A stretch of DNA of 64,000 nt from Spirochaetaceae bacterium (GTDB taxonomy: Bacteria > Spirochaetota > Spirochaetia > DSM-2461): the NCBI GenBank assembly GCA_051531975.1, contig JAOPTT010000005.1, forward strand, positions 64,001 to 128,000. Direction: 5' to 3'. The position numbers and the translations under genes are program-made. Position 1 is the first letter of the stretch, and each line of letters starts with the position of its first letter. Shown piece by piece: positions 28,959 to 38,812 of this stretch. Under the pieces are notes generated by a model that worked only from the letters and a program-made list of their open reading frames with translations, had not been told where the DNA came from and ran no database searches.

Positions 28959-31900
28959 TAACTTCTGCCTGAGCGAATAGCTCTTCAGCTTGATCCGGTG
29001 CAGTTTTCTCTAATGCAGTATAACGTCTTTCACTTCTAATAAAGTCCTGGTAAGACTCTTTAGGTTCTTTAGACTCCCAAATAAATCTTTCACCTTCTGC
29101 TAGTGCAGGGTTGTATCTAAATAGAGGCCAGTAACCTGAATCAACAGCACGCTTCATCTCAGTAGAAGATTTAGACATGTCTATACCGTGGGCAATACAT
29201 GGAGAGTATGCGAAGATGATTGATGGACCATCCCATGCTTCAGCTTCTTCAAATACTTTCTGAGTTTGAGCTCTGTTAGCACCCATAGATATGGAACCAA
29301 CATAAACGTGACCATAACTCATACACATAAGAGCCATGTTCTTTTTATCGTTTCTCATACCTGCGTTTGCAAACTTCGCAACAGCTCCAACTGGAGTAGC
29401 TTTAGAAGCCTGTCCACCAGTATTTGAGTAAACTTCAGTATCAACAACAAGAATATTAACATTCTTAGTGTTTGAAACTACATGGTCAACACCAGAATAT
29501 CCGATATCGTATGCCCAACCGTCTCCACCGATAATCCATACAGATTTATCAATAAAGTAGTCAACTGATTGTAAAATAATTTCAAGATCCTCTTTTACTT
29601 GACCTTTTGCAGCAGCAATTGCAGCAGGAAGTTGTTTTTCAACTTCTTGTTGGTTAAAGAATTGTGCATCTTCTTTAGATGTCCAGTTCTCCATTGCAGT
29701 ATTTAATGCAGCAGTTAATTCAGTAGTAGTTCCCGCTTTTAATACAGCTTCAGTCTTCTTTTTAAGTAAAGATCTGTTTGAATCAACAGCTAATCTCATA
29801 CCAAAACCATACTCTGCATTGTCTTCGAAAAGTGAGTTACCCCATGTTGGACCACGACCATTTTCATCTTTAGTATAAGGAATAGATGGGAATGTTCCAC
29901 CGTAGATAGAAGAACAACCTGTTGCATTTGCAGCAACAATTCTTTTACCAAACAGTTGAGTCATTAACTTAACATATGGTGTTTCACCACAACCTGAACA
30001 AGCTCCTGAGAACTCAAATAGAGGTTTAATAAACTGAGCACCTTTGAATGTTTTTAAGTTAACACCTTCAAAGTTTTCAGGTAGAGCATTGAAATAAGTA
30101 GTTCTTGCAACTTCACCAGTAGCATTAACTTCTGCAATTGGTTTTAATTCAAGAGCCTTAACTTTCTTTTTACCAGGACATACATCAACACAAACACCAC
30201 AACCTGTACAATCTTCAGTATAAACTTGGATTCTGTACTGTAAGTCATTTTCGTTTTTAGAAGTTGATTTAAGTGTTGTAAATCCCTCTGGTGCTTTAGC
30301 AACATCAGCTGGTGTAACTTGAGCAGCTCTAATTACTGAGTGAGGACAAGCCATAACACACTGGTTACATTGGATACAATTCTCGTGTAACCATGTTGGA
30401 ACAGCTGGAGCAACAGCACGTTTCTCATATTGAGCTGTACCTGTTGGAACTGTACCATCATAAGACATTTTAGATACCGGAATATCATCACCTTTCATCA
30501 AAGAAACAGGTTTTAAAATATCTCTGATAAAATCTGGAGTATCTGCTTTAATAGGAATAAACACAGGAGGAGTAAATGATTCAACAATAGATGTAGGAAC
30601 TTTTACTTCTTCTAAACCAGCAGATGCATCATCGATACATTTCCAGTTCATGTCTACAATGTCCTGTCCTTTTCTGATAAACGATTTTTTAACAGCATCT
30701 TTCATTAACTGAATAGCTTCCTGCTCAGGAATAAGTCCAGTCAATTTAAAGAATATTGCTTGCATAACCGTATTGATCTTGTTTCCAAGTCCTGCAGCTT
30801 CAGCAATTTTTAATGCATCGATATTGTAGAACTTAATTTCATTTTCGATAATAAATTCCTGCATCTCTTTAGTTAACATATTAAATGCTTTTTCTGCACC
30901 AAAATCAGAGTTTAATACAAATGTACCACCTTTTTTAAGAGGAGTTAACATATCGTATTTACCGATATATGATGGTTGGTTACAAGATACAAAGTCTGCA
31001 CTGTTAATTAACCAAGGCATGTTACATGAATCTTCACCAAATCTTAGGTGAGAACAAGTAACACCACCTGATTTTTTAGAGTCATATACAAAGTATGATT
31101 GTGCATTAAGACCAGCGTTGTGACCAATAATTTTTGTAGAGTTTTTAGTAGCACCAATAGTACCATCTGAACCAAGACCCCAGAACATACATGATCTGAT
31201 TTTCTCAGGAGATACATCGAAGTGCTCATTAACTGGAATAGATAAGTTTGTAACGTCATCGTTGATACCAACAGTGAAGTTATGTGTACATTTACCATCC
31301 ATGTGATCAAACACTGCTTTAACATCTGATGGAGTAAACTCTTTAGATGAAAGACCGTATCGTCCACCAATAATAATTGGCATTTTACCAGACTGAGCAT
31401 AAGCTGTAATAACATCTTGGTATAATGGCTCACCTAATGAACCACACTCTTTAGTTCTATCAAGACAAGCAATTTTAGTAACAGTTGATGGAATAGCATC
31501 AATAAATGCTTTAACACTGAAAGGTTTAAAAAGTCTTACTTTAAGAACTCCAACTTTTTCGCCTCTAGCCTGTAAAAATTGTACAGCAAGATCAGCAGTA
31601 TCACATGCAGAACCCATTAAGATAACAATTTTTTCAGCATCTGGAGCACCAACATAGTCAAAAAGATTGTACTTTCTACCAGTTAATTCTCCAACTTGAT
31701 CCATATATTTTTGAACAATTCCAGGAATTGCTTCGTAGTGTCTGTTTGTAGTCTCTCTACCTTGGAAATAAACATCCTGGTTTTGAGCTGCAACTTTAAC
31801 AATTGGGTGTTCAGGTCTCATCGCTCGTTTTTTGAAACGTTCAATGTGCTCTGGAACTATTAAAGATTTAATATCTTTGTAATCAATCTCTTCAACTGTT

Positions 31901-32445
31901 TGGAATTCGTGAGAAGTTCTAAACCCATCAAAGAAACTCATAAATGGAACATCTGATTCTAATGTTGCTAAGTGAGCAACTAAAGCCATATCCATAGTTT
32001 CCTGAATAGAAGATGCAGCAGTCATAGCAAAACCAGTTTGTCTAGCTCCCATTACATCTGCATGATCACCAAAAATTGATAGTGATTGTGCTGCTAAAGA
32101 TCTAGCTGATACATGGAATACTGTAGGTATCATCTCTCCAGCAATTTTATACATGTTAGGGATCATTAATAAAAGACCCTGGGATGCTGTAAATGTTGTA
32201 GTTAATGCACCAGCACTTAAAGAACCGTGAACGGCTCCAGCAGCTCCCGCTTCTGACTGCATTTCCATGATTTCAACTGAATCACCGAAAATGTTCTCTC
32301 TACCTATTGCAGACCATGCGTCTGAATACTCTCCCATAGGGGATGAAGGAGTAATTGGATAGATAGCAGCAACTTCACTAAATGCATAAGCAACGTGTGC
32401 AGCAGCCTGGTTTCCATCCATAACAACCATTTTTTTTCCTGACAT
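28909..32445 (-). CDS. nifJ: Pyruvate:ferredoxin (flavodoxin) oxidoreductase, single-chain
   Basis: YPITPSS, EMQSEAGAAG, CIQCNQC..CP / CTGCGVC..CP, GACSGCGE, GGDGWAYDIG and YSNTGGQ motifs. Confidence 0.97.
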   Translation of the reverse strand: MSGKKMVVMDGNQAAAHVAYAFSEVAAIYPITPSSPMGEYSDAWSAIGRENIFGDSVEIMEMQSEAGAAGAVHGSLSAGALTTTFTASQGLLLMIPNMYKIAGEMIPTVFHVSARSLAAQSLSIFGDHADVMGARQTGFAMTAASSIQETMDMALVAHLATLESDVPFMSFFDGFRTSHEFQTVEEIDYKDIKSLIVPEHIERFKKRAMRPEHPIVKVAAQNQDVYFQGRETTNRHYEAIPGIVQKYMDQVGELTGRKYNLFDYVGAPDAEKIVILMGSACDTADLAVQFLQARGEKVGVLKVRLFKPFSVKAFIDAIPSTVTKIACLDRTKECGSLGEPLYQDVITAYAQSGKMPIIIGGRYGLSSKEFTPSDVKAVFDHMDGKCTHNFTVGINDDVTNLSIPVNEHFDVSPEKIRSCMFWGLGSDGTIGATKNSTKIIGHNAGLNAQSYFVYDSKKSGGVTCSHLRFGEDSCNMPWLINSADFVSCNQPSYIGKYDMLTPLKKGGTFVLNSDFGAEKAFNMLTKEMQEFIIENEIKFYNIDALKIAEAAGLGNKINTVMQAIFFKLTGLIPEQEAIQLMKDAVKKSFIRKGQDIVDMNWKCIDDASAGLEEVKVPTSIVESFTPPVFIPIKADTPDFIRDILKPVSLMKGDDIPVSKMSYDGTVPTGTAQYEKRAVAPAVPTWLHENCIQCNQCVMACPHSVIRAAQVTPADVAKAPEGFTTLKSTSKNENDLQYRIQVYTEDCTGCGVCVDVCPGKKKVKALELKPIAEVNATGEVARTTYFNALPENFEGVNLKTFKGAQFIKPLFEFSGACSGCGETPYVKLMTQLFGKRIVAANATGCSSIYGGTFPSIPYTKDENGRGPTWGNSLFEDNAEYGFGMRLAVDSNRSLLKKKTEAVLKAGTTTELTAALNTAMENWTSKEDAQFFNQQEVEKQLPAAIAAAKGQVKEDLEIILQSVDYFIDKSVWIIGGDGWAYDIGYSGVDHVVSNTKNVNILVVDTEVYSNTGGQASKATPVGAVAKFANAGMRNDKKNMALMCMSYGHVYVGSISMGANRAQTQKVFEEAEAWDGPSIIFAYSPCIAHGIDMSKSSTEMKRAVDSGYWPLFRYNPALAEGERFIWESKEPKESYQDFIRSERRYTALEKTAPDQAEELFAQAEVNAKRRWDFYKKMGEIM

Positions 32446-32462
32446 AATTTTTCCTTTATATA

Positions 32463-32480
32463 CTGTGTTTATATTAACAA
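32463..32480. promoter_or_regulatory. Possible Rex operator upstream of PFOR
   Basis: Minus strand TTGTTAA-TATA-AACACAG versus the TTGT(G/T)AA-N4-TT(C/A)ACAA consensus; one perfect half-site. Confidence 0.3.
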
Positions 32481-32635
32481 AAATATCCTGTCGTAAATAA
32501 TACTACTATAATAAATGAACTGCAAGTGTCTTAGAGTAATTAATTAAATATTTATCTATTAAAATTAATTGATTTTTTATAGTTGTTCTAACTCACTATA
32601 ATTACATATAATAATGGATATAAGAGGTTTTAATA

Positions 32636-33754
32636 ATGAAGTTTTTAAGCATAGTAAAAGATGTTTTAACATCGCAAATTCAGATAGGGGAATATTTGTT
32701 ACCATTTAACCCTCTAGATTTTATATTGAAGATATTATTACCTATTACGGCATCACTTATTTTATATAAAGTGATCAAAAATACTATTTTAAAATCGGTT
32801 TCTAAATCAGGAATATCAGATTTAAAAAAAGATTCAGTAAAAAGATGGGTTACATTATCTCTTCGATTTATCCTGTTTACTTTGGCTGTGCTTTTTGTAA
32901 TCAATTTACTAGGGGCCCGAATAACTGAATATCTATTAGCATTTGGAAATATTTTAACCCACCCTATAGTTGAAGATATCTCTATAACTACAATTATATT
33001 AATTCTTCCTATATTGTATTTAGCTAGACTATCAGGGAAGCTTGCAGCGAAATTTGCTAGTACTACAATTTTCCCATATTTAAAAATAAACTCGAGTACT
33101 ACAAATATGAACTTAACTATACTTAAAAATATAATTGTTGTACTTGTATTACTTTTTGGTCTCACTTTAATAGGTTTTAATTTATCCTTGTTATATGGTC
33201 TTTTTGGTATAATTGGTATTGGTATCGGTTTTGGTCTACAAGGTGCTGTTGCCAATCTATTTGCTGGACTTATTTTGTTAGCCACAAAACCTGTAAAAGT
33301 AGGGGATCATATTATTGTTGATGGAAAAGAGGGGGAATTAATTGAAATTAGATTTGTTAACTCTATTATTAGTACCATTGAACATGAGACTATTATAATT
33401 CCCAATACAAAATTAATTGATAACCCAGTTCATAACTACTCTTTTGATGATAGGTATATAAAAATTAAAAATAGTGTACAAGTATCTTATAATTCAGATG
33501 TAGAAGCCGCTTTGGAAATCTTAAAAAATATTAGTTTAAGTTGTCCCTATTTATTAGAAGAAAAACCTGTAGAGACTAGAGTTGTCTCATTTGATGATTC
33601 TGGTATTACTTTATTGGTAATAAGTTGGATAAATAACTCAGCGGAAAAATACAGTGCAATGTCATGGGTGAACTTGGAAATCTGGAAGGCCTTTAGAGAG
33701 AATGGAATCGAAATCCCATTCCCTCAATTAGATATTAGTTTAAAAAAGAACTAG
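32636..33754 (+). CDS. Small-conductance mechanosensitive channel (MscS family)
   Basis: GIGFGLQ..NLFAG, PVKVGD.I, IIPN, VSY..D and GIEIPFPQ motifs. Confidence 0.93.
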   Translation: MKFLSIVKDVLTSQIQIGEYLLPFNPLDFILKILLPITASLILYKVIKNTILKSVSKSGISDLKKDSVKRWVTLSLRFILFTLAVLFVINLLGARITEYLLAFGNILTHPIVEDISITTIILILPILYLARLSGKLAAKFASTTIFPYLKINSSTTNMNLTILKNIIVVLVLLFGLTLIGFNLSLLYGLFGIIGIGIGFGLQGAVANLFAGLILLATKPVKVGDHIIVDGKEGELIEIRFVNSIISTIEHETIIIPNTKLIDNPVHNYSFDDRYIKIKNSVQVSYNSDVEAALEILKNISLSCPYLLEEKPVETRVVSFDDSGITLLVISWINNSAEKYSAMSWVNLEIWKAFRENGIEIPFPQLDISLKKN

Positions 33755-33758
33755 TTTC

Positions 33759-34955
33759 CTAATAGCTTGTTTTTTTTAATAACACAGCTCTGAAGCCACG
33801 ATATTTTTTGTCTTCGACTGAGGTGAAACCTTTTGTCTCTTTTAATAAAATATGCATAGGAGAACTTTTTCCACATATAAAAAGTAACCCATCTTTTTTT
33901 AATAATTTTTTTGCTGTCTGTTTTATTTCACTATACCAATTAGCACCTGGTACAGGAGTAATCTCTACTCCTAGAAAGTCTAAGTCATCTTCTTCTTCAG
34001 TTTCTAACAGACAATCTATATAAGGGACATTTAATTGATTTGTATCCAAAATTTCTCTGTTTTTATTTAAGTTGTGCACTGTAATTTTATTTTGAAGAGT
34101 ATCTCTTCCAGCAACTGTTATTTTTCCAATCCCGTTTCCATCTTTTGTTGAAAGATATACAGGAATATGTCCCTGTCCTGGATTCAGATATAGAGCATTA
34201 CCTCTTATTTTATAAGATGATAACATCGCCAAACTTAATGTTGTAGAAAAGCTCAGTGAATCAAAGTCTGGTATATTATATACAGTATCCATTTTATATT
34301 TGCTTTCATCAAAATCAAATGTCTCTGAGTTTCTTACATAGACATTAAAGTTTTCTGTGTAATCTTTTGAAAACCCCGTGTAATGAAGAACTGTATACTG
34401 TTTGTTATACTCTTTATGTAGAATTTCACAACCAGCATTTTTTAGAGTAGATTCTGCAAACTTAGCTAAGGAAGCTACAATTACAACACAGCACTTTCCA
34501 TTTTCTGTTAAAAATGAACCAGACCGGGATAAAAAGTCGATTAATACTTTCTCTCCAGCTTTTGCAGGAATATTAGATAATAGAAGATCAAACTTTTTAT
34601 CTTCAACATCTTTTAGTGCTAAATCTACACTAAATGTAATATCTTCAATATTATTGAGTTCTGCATTTACTTTTGTGAATTCTACAGCCAATGAATCTCT
34701 ATCTTGAACAACAACTTCAGTAATATTAGGACACGATTTTTTTAAAGCAAGTCCAATTACACCAACACCACAGCCAACATCATATAGGCTCTTAATACCC
34801 TTCAGATCAGTCTCTTTTATAACTGTTTTTAATAACATGTTTGTCCCAGCATCTATACTAAAGCTACTAAACAATGCCTGTGATAAGTTAAAATTCAACT
34901 GCTGCTTATTGTAGTTTAAAACTACCTGTTTATTGATGTAATCTTTATGTTTCAT
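33759..34955 (-). CDS. Class I SAM-dependent methyltransferase, RsmC/MTS-like, two-domain
   Basis: LFSS..IDAGT.MLL, DVGCGVGVIG and SNIP motifs; second degenerate MTase domain. Confidence 0.75.
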   Translation of the reverse strand: MKHKDYINKQVVLNYNKQQLNFNLSQALFSSFSIDAGTNMLLKTVIKETDLKGIKSLYDVGCGVGVIGLALKKSCPNITEVVVQDRDSLAVEFTKVNAELNNIEDITFSVDLALKDVEDKKFDLLLSNIPAKAGEKVLIDFLSRSGSFLTENGKCCVVIVASLAKFAESTLKNAGCEILHKEYNKQYTVLHYTGFSKDYTENFNVYVRNSETFDFDESKYKMDTVYNIPDFDSLSFSTTLSLAMLSSYKIRGNALYLNPGQGHIPVYLSTKDGNGIGKITVAGRDTLQNKITVHNLNKNREILDTNQLNVPYIDCLLETEEEDDLDFLGVEITPVPGANWYSEIKQTAKKLLKKDGLLFICGKSSPMHILLKETKGFTSVEDKKYRGFRAVLLKKTSY

Positions 34956-35524
34956 TATTTATTTATTCTTTCCTGGTACTCTTTAGTTTCTGTATTAATT
35001 CTAATTGTTTCACCCTGTTTAATAAATATAGGTACTTTAACAGTTAAACCTGTAACAACTTTTACAAATTTAGATGCTCCTTGAACAGTATCACCTTTAA
35101 CACCTTCTTCGGCTTCTGTAACTTCCATATCCATTTTAGGTGGTAGTTTAACTCCAAGTGTCTCTTCTTCCCATCTTACGACTTTGTAAGTATCACCTTC
35201 AATTAAAAACCATTTTTCTGTTTCTAGAGAATCACATGCAACATCAAATTGGTCAAAAGTTTCGTTATTCATAAATACATAGTTTTCACCATCAGTATAC
35301 AAATATTGGCAGCTTTGCTCTTCTACATCAATTTCCTCAAGATTATCTTGGGATTTATGAGTTATTTTAAGTGAAGCTCCGCTTCTTTGATCTTTTAATT
35401 TTATACGTACAAATGATGATCCTTTACCAGGATTAACAAATTCTCTCTCAACAACTAAATATGGAGTGTTTTTTTCTAATATAAACATTCCTTTTTCCAT
35501 AGTTCCAGCTTTTATCTGACCCAT
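34955..35524 (-). CDS. efp: Translation elongation factor P
   Basis: VNPGKG loop, YLY.DG, GVKGDT and VPIFI..GE.I.INT motifs; start MGQIK at 35524. Confidence 0.96.
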   Translation of the reverse strand: MGQIKAGTMEKGMFILEKNTPYLVVEREFVNPGKGSSFVRIKLKDQRSGASLKITHKSQDNLEEIDVEEQSCQYLYTDGENYVFMNNETFDQFDVACDSLETEKWFLIEGDTYKVVRWEEETLGVKLPPKMDMEVTEAEEGVKGDTVQGASKFVKVVTGLTVKVPIFIKQGETIRINTETKEYQERINK

Positions 35525-35549
35525 AATAATTCCTTTAAACAAAATTTCA

Positions 35550-36509
35550 TTAGATATTATCATGGTAGGGAAATAAAATCACCCCCTGAATATCCCCAGT
35601 ACCTAGTATTCCCATTATTAATCGATCTATTCCTATCGCTCCACCAGAACACTCAGGGAAGTGATTAAACAGTTCTGGATAATCCATATCAATCTTATGA
35701 TTTGATATACATTTTTTCCCAGCGTTGGCTTCTTCTAGAAAGAATCTTCTAATTTTAGAGGTATCGGTCTCTTCAGTATAACAGTTACCACACTCCATAC
35801 CACCTATATAAAGTTCCCATCTTTGTGACCAGGGCGTTCCACTAATTTCTTTAGCCAGTGTTTTTATATTGCTAGGGAAGTCTGTTAAAAAAAGGTTAAC
35901 ATCTGTTGGTAGATTTGGTTCTACAATATCTAGAAATATTCTGTTAAAAGCAGTTTCCCAGTCGTCGTTAATATCAGTGAAAATATTAAGTTCCTGTGCT
36001 TTAATATGTAATAATTTAATAGTGTGATTCTCTTTAAGGCTAAAACCCGCATATTTACTAAAAGCTTCTTCCATTGTTATTGTTTTATTAGTTTTAGATA
36101 GTTTTGAATCTTCAATATTTGAGTTTAAGTAGTTTAATAACTCTTTTGTTAACTCTAATGTATCTAGATGGTTATATCCCATTGTGTAATATTCGATCAT
36201 TGTAAATTCTGGATTATGCTGTTTCCCTGTCTGCTCAGAATTTCTAAAACACTTAGAAAATTCATATATATTGGTTTTGTATTCTGCTATAAATCTTTTT
36301 AACCAAATTTCTGGGGATGGTATAAGGTAACTGCTTTTATGTTTTTTAAAAGGATGAATATGTGTCGTTTCGAATATCTCAATAGTTGATTCTGGGATTA
36401 AACTAGGACTTAAAATTGGGGTTTCTACTTCCAAATAAAGTTTAGAATTAAAGAAGTTTCTAATACAACCAATAATCTGATTACGTTTTTTTATATTATC
36501 TATTGTCAT
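35550..36509 (-). CDS. epmA: EF-P lysine aminoacylase (LysRS-like catalytic domain only)
   Basis: EVETP, YL.PSPE, CFRNSE...HNPEFTMIEYY, RWELYIGG.E.GN and GIDRL motifs; adjacent to efp. Confidence 0.9.
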   Translation of the reverse strand: MTIDNIKKRNQIIGCIRNFFNSKLYLEVETPILSPSLIPESTIEIFETTHIHPFKKHKSSYLIPSPEIWLKRFIAEYKTNIYEFSKCFRNSEQTGKQHNPEFTMIEYYTMGYNHLDTLELTKELLNYLNSNIEDSKLSKTNKTITMEEAFSKYAGFSLKENHTIKLLHIKAQELNIFTDINDDWETAFNRIFLDIVEPNLPTDVNLFLTDFPSNIKTLAKEISGTPWSQRWELYIGGMECGNCYTEETDTSKIRRFFLEEANAGKKCISNHKIDMDYPELFNHFPECSGGAIGIDRLIMGILGTGDIQGVILFPYHDNI

Positions 36510-36532
36510 TATTATCCCCACACTGTTTGGGT

Positions 36533-36562
36533 AAAAAAAATCCGCCTATTAATAAGACGGAT
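36533..36562 (-). terminator. Terminator after the downstream ferredoxin
   Basis: Minus strand ATCCGTCT...AGGCGGAT followed by a T-tract. Confidence 0.75.
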
Positions 36563-36567
36563 ATTAA

Positions 36568-36741
36568 TTATGCTTGTACGATACAGTCAGTAGGACAAAC
36601 ATCACAACATGCACCACAATCAATACAGTCATCTGCAGCAATTGTTCTAGCATTGTTAGCTTCTGTTATACATTCTACTGGACATTCGCTGTCACAAGCA
36701 CCACAGTTGATACAATCAGCTGTATTTACTTTATAAGCCAC
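36568..36741 (-). CDS. 2[4Fe-4S] ferredoxin (57 aa)
   Basis: Missed by the ORF track. GGAGG RBS, GTG start, MAYKVNTADCINCGACDSECPVECITEANNARTIAADDCIDCGACCDVCPTDCIVQA. Confidence 0.95.
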   Translation of the reverse strand: MAYKVNTADCINCGACDSECPVECITEANNARTIAADDCIDCGACCDVCPTDCIVQA

Positions 36742-36807
36742 TTCGAGCCTCCCAGTTTTTTATTTACAATAAAGTAATACAGTGTTTAATTTTAATCAAT
36801 AGGGTAT

Positions 36808-36836
36808 AAAAAAACCGCCTTAAAAAAAGACGGTTT
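36808..36836 (-). terminator. Terminator after the upstream ferredoxin
   Basis: Minus strand AAACCGTCT...AGGCGGTTTTTTT. Confidence 0.75.
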
Positions 36837-36841
36837 AATAA

Positions 36842-37015
36842 TTATGCAGGATTGATACAGTCTGTAGGACAAACATCCGCGCATGCACCACAATCGATAC
36901 ACTCGTCTGCTGTTACAAAACTAACACCTTCAACTTCTGAAATACACTCTACAGGGCATTCGCCTCTACAAGCAGCACAGTTGATACAATCATCTGTAGT
37001 TACAAAATAAGCCAT
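36842..37015 (-). CDS. 2[4Fe-4S] ferredoxin (57 aa)
   Basis: Missed by the ORF track. AGGAGG RBS, MAYFVTTDDCINCAACRGECPVECISEVEGVSFVTADECIDCGACADVCPTDCINPA. Confidence 0.95.
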   Translation of the reverse strand: MAYFVTTDDCINCAACRGECPVECISEVEGVSFVTADECIDCGACADVCPTDCINPA

Positions 37016-37170
37016 TTTGGCCTCCTATTCTATTAAAAATAATTACTAATAAGAATAGACTTACTATATGAGAAAATCAATGTCATTTAGAATATAAATA
37101 GTTTTTTTCTAATATTTTAGGTAATTGTAAAAAGTAGAAACTAATGATATCTTTTTAACAACTATATTTT

Positions 37171-38187
37171 ATGGAGAAACAGGTGGAAAAAAAAGTATTA
37201 TTAACAGGTATTAAACCTACAGGTGTCCCCCATTTAGGGAACTATTTTGGAGCTATAAAGCCCGCATTATCTAGATTGTCTGGAGATGATTACGATGCAA
37301 GATTATTTATTGCAGATTATCACTCTATAAATACAATTCGTGACCCTGAAGTATTAAGACAGTATGTCTATGAAGTTGCTGCTACCTGGCTCTCCTGTGG
37401 ATTAGACCCAAATAAAGCTCTTTTATATAAACAGTCTTCTGTTCCTGAAACATTAGAATTAAATACAATTCTTAATGCATTTACTGCAAAGGGATTAATG
37501 AATAGAGCTCATGCATATAAAGCCTCAGTTGATAAAAACAGAGCTAAAGATAAGCCAGATGACCATGCTATTAATATGGGATTATATACATATCCAATTT
37601 TAATGGCAGCGGATATTCTTCTTTTTGATACAAATGTTGTCCCTGTTGGAAAAGATCAGATCCAACACGTGGAGATGGCAGCTGATATTGCTCAGACTAT
37701 TAATCATAACTACAAAAAGCCTTTATTGACAATTCCAGAATATATAATAGATGAAGATACAAAAACTATTGTTGGTTTAGATGGAAGAAAAATGAGTAAA
37801 AGTTATGGGAATGCTATTGAACTGTTTTTACAGGAGAAAAAGCTTAAAAAGACTCTAAACAAGGTAGTAACCAATTCCCAGGAGATGGAAGAGGTTAAAG
37901 ACCCAGATGATTGTAATGTTTTTTCTTTATACAAAATCTTTGCCACTAAAGAGCAGCAAGAAACTTTAGCTGCTACTTATAGAGCTGGTGGGATGGGTTG
38001 GGGTCATGCAAAATCTGAACTTTTTGAAGTTGTAAATGCAGAGCTAAAACCAATTAGAGAAAAGTATTACGATTTAATGGAAAACAAAGATTACATAGAT
38101 GAAGTACTTAAAAAAGGTGCAACTAGTGCACGGGAGATTGCTTCTAAAAAAATATCTTTACTTAGAAGTGCAATCGGTATAGATTAA
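37171..38187 (+). CDS. trpS: Tryptophanyl-tRNA synthetase
   Basis: TGIKPTG.PHLGNY, YPILMAADIL, VPVGKDQ.QH.E and KMSKS motifs. Confidence 0.97.
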   Translation: MEKQVEKKVLLTGIKPTGVPHLGNYFGAIKPALSRLSGDDYDARLFIADYHSINTIRDPEVLRQYVYEVAATWLSCGLDPNKALLYKQSSVPETLELNTILNAFTAKGLMNRAHAYKASVDKNRAKDKPDDHAINMGLYTYPILMAADILLFDTNVVPVGKDQIQHVEMAADIAQTINHNYKKPLLTIPEYIIDEDTKTIVGLDGRKMSKSYGNAIELFLQEKKLKKTLNKVVTNSQEMEEVKDPDDCNVFSLYKIFATKEQQETLAATYRAGGMGWGHAKSELFEVVNAELKPIREKYYDLMENKDYIDEVLKKGATSAREIASKKISLLRSAIGID

Positions 38188-38196
38188 TTTAATATT

Positions 38197-38221
38197 GCTG
38201 GGATGTTTATTCCCAGCTTTT
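38197..38221 (+). terminator. Terminator after trpS
   Basis: GCTGGGA...TCCCAGC stem followed by TTTT. Confidence 0.7.
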
Positions 38222-38513
38222 AAATAAGGGATTCAATATCTCTAAATCCATTCAATATTCTAACTATTTCTACTGCATCATGAGTTATCAAGTAAAATAT
38301 AATATATTTTTTATACGTTATACTTCTAACATTTAATCTAAGATAATCTCTGGTTCTTCCCTGTTTGGGAAAACTGCAAAGTTTTTCACACTGTGAGTGC
38401 AATTGATCTATAAAGTTATCTGCTATATTTGTGTTATCAGCTGATATATACTCCCAAATATCATATAAATCTAAAATAGCCTTATCAGAAATTATTAGCT
38501 TTAGTTTTTGCAT
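38220..38513 (-). CDS. parE: ParE/RelE-family toxin
   Basis: A..DL.DIWEYI...N..AD.F, FP.QGR.R, YIIFY and VEIVRILNG.RD motifs. Confidence 0.9.
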   Translation of the reverse strand: MQKLKLIISDKAILDLYDIWEYISADNTNIADNFIDQLHSQCEKLCSFPKQGRTRDYLRLNVRSITYKKYIIFYLITHDAVEIVRILNGFRDIESLI

Positions 38514-38768
38514 CTATCGTTTTCTTGCATTTGTTTTTATATATTTTAATAAATTTTTATCGAACTGCCTAGATTTTCCTTCCTTTAGTTGATTTAAACC
38601 TATGTCTAATTCTACTCTAAGATCTTGTAGTACAGCATTTCTTTGTTCTTCTTTCTGTTTTAAGAGCCTTAAGCCTTCTCTGATTACTTCACTAGATGAA
38701 GAATATAATCCACTCTTTACTTTCTCAGATATCCACATATCAAATTCTGGTGTTAAAGAAACATTCAT
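38514..38768 (-). CDS. parD: ParD-family antitoxin (RHH)
   Basis: MNVSLTPE...V.SG.Y.S.SEVIREGLRLL; AGGAG RBS before ATG 38768. Confidence 0.92.
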   Translation of the reverse strand: MNVSLTPEFDMWISEKVKSGLYSSSSEVIREGLRLLKQKEEQRNAVLQDLRVELDIGLNQLKEGKSRQFDKNLLKYIKTNARKR

Positions 38769-38812
38769 GATATTACTCCTACTAATAAGAATAGAATCGA
38801 TAACAGTTATTG

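Noticed and set aside
36503..36777. Plus-strand ORFs 36503-36736 and 36574-36777
   Set aside because: Antisense to the real ferredoxin gene, which has an RBS and canonical Cys motifs.
37016..37170. T-box leader upstream of trpS
   Set aside because: Short AT-rich divergent spacer with no T-box consensus or terminator.
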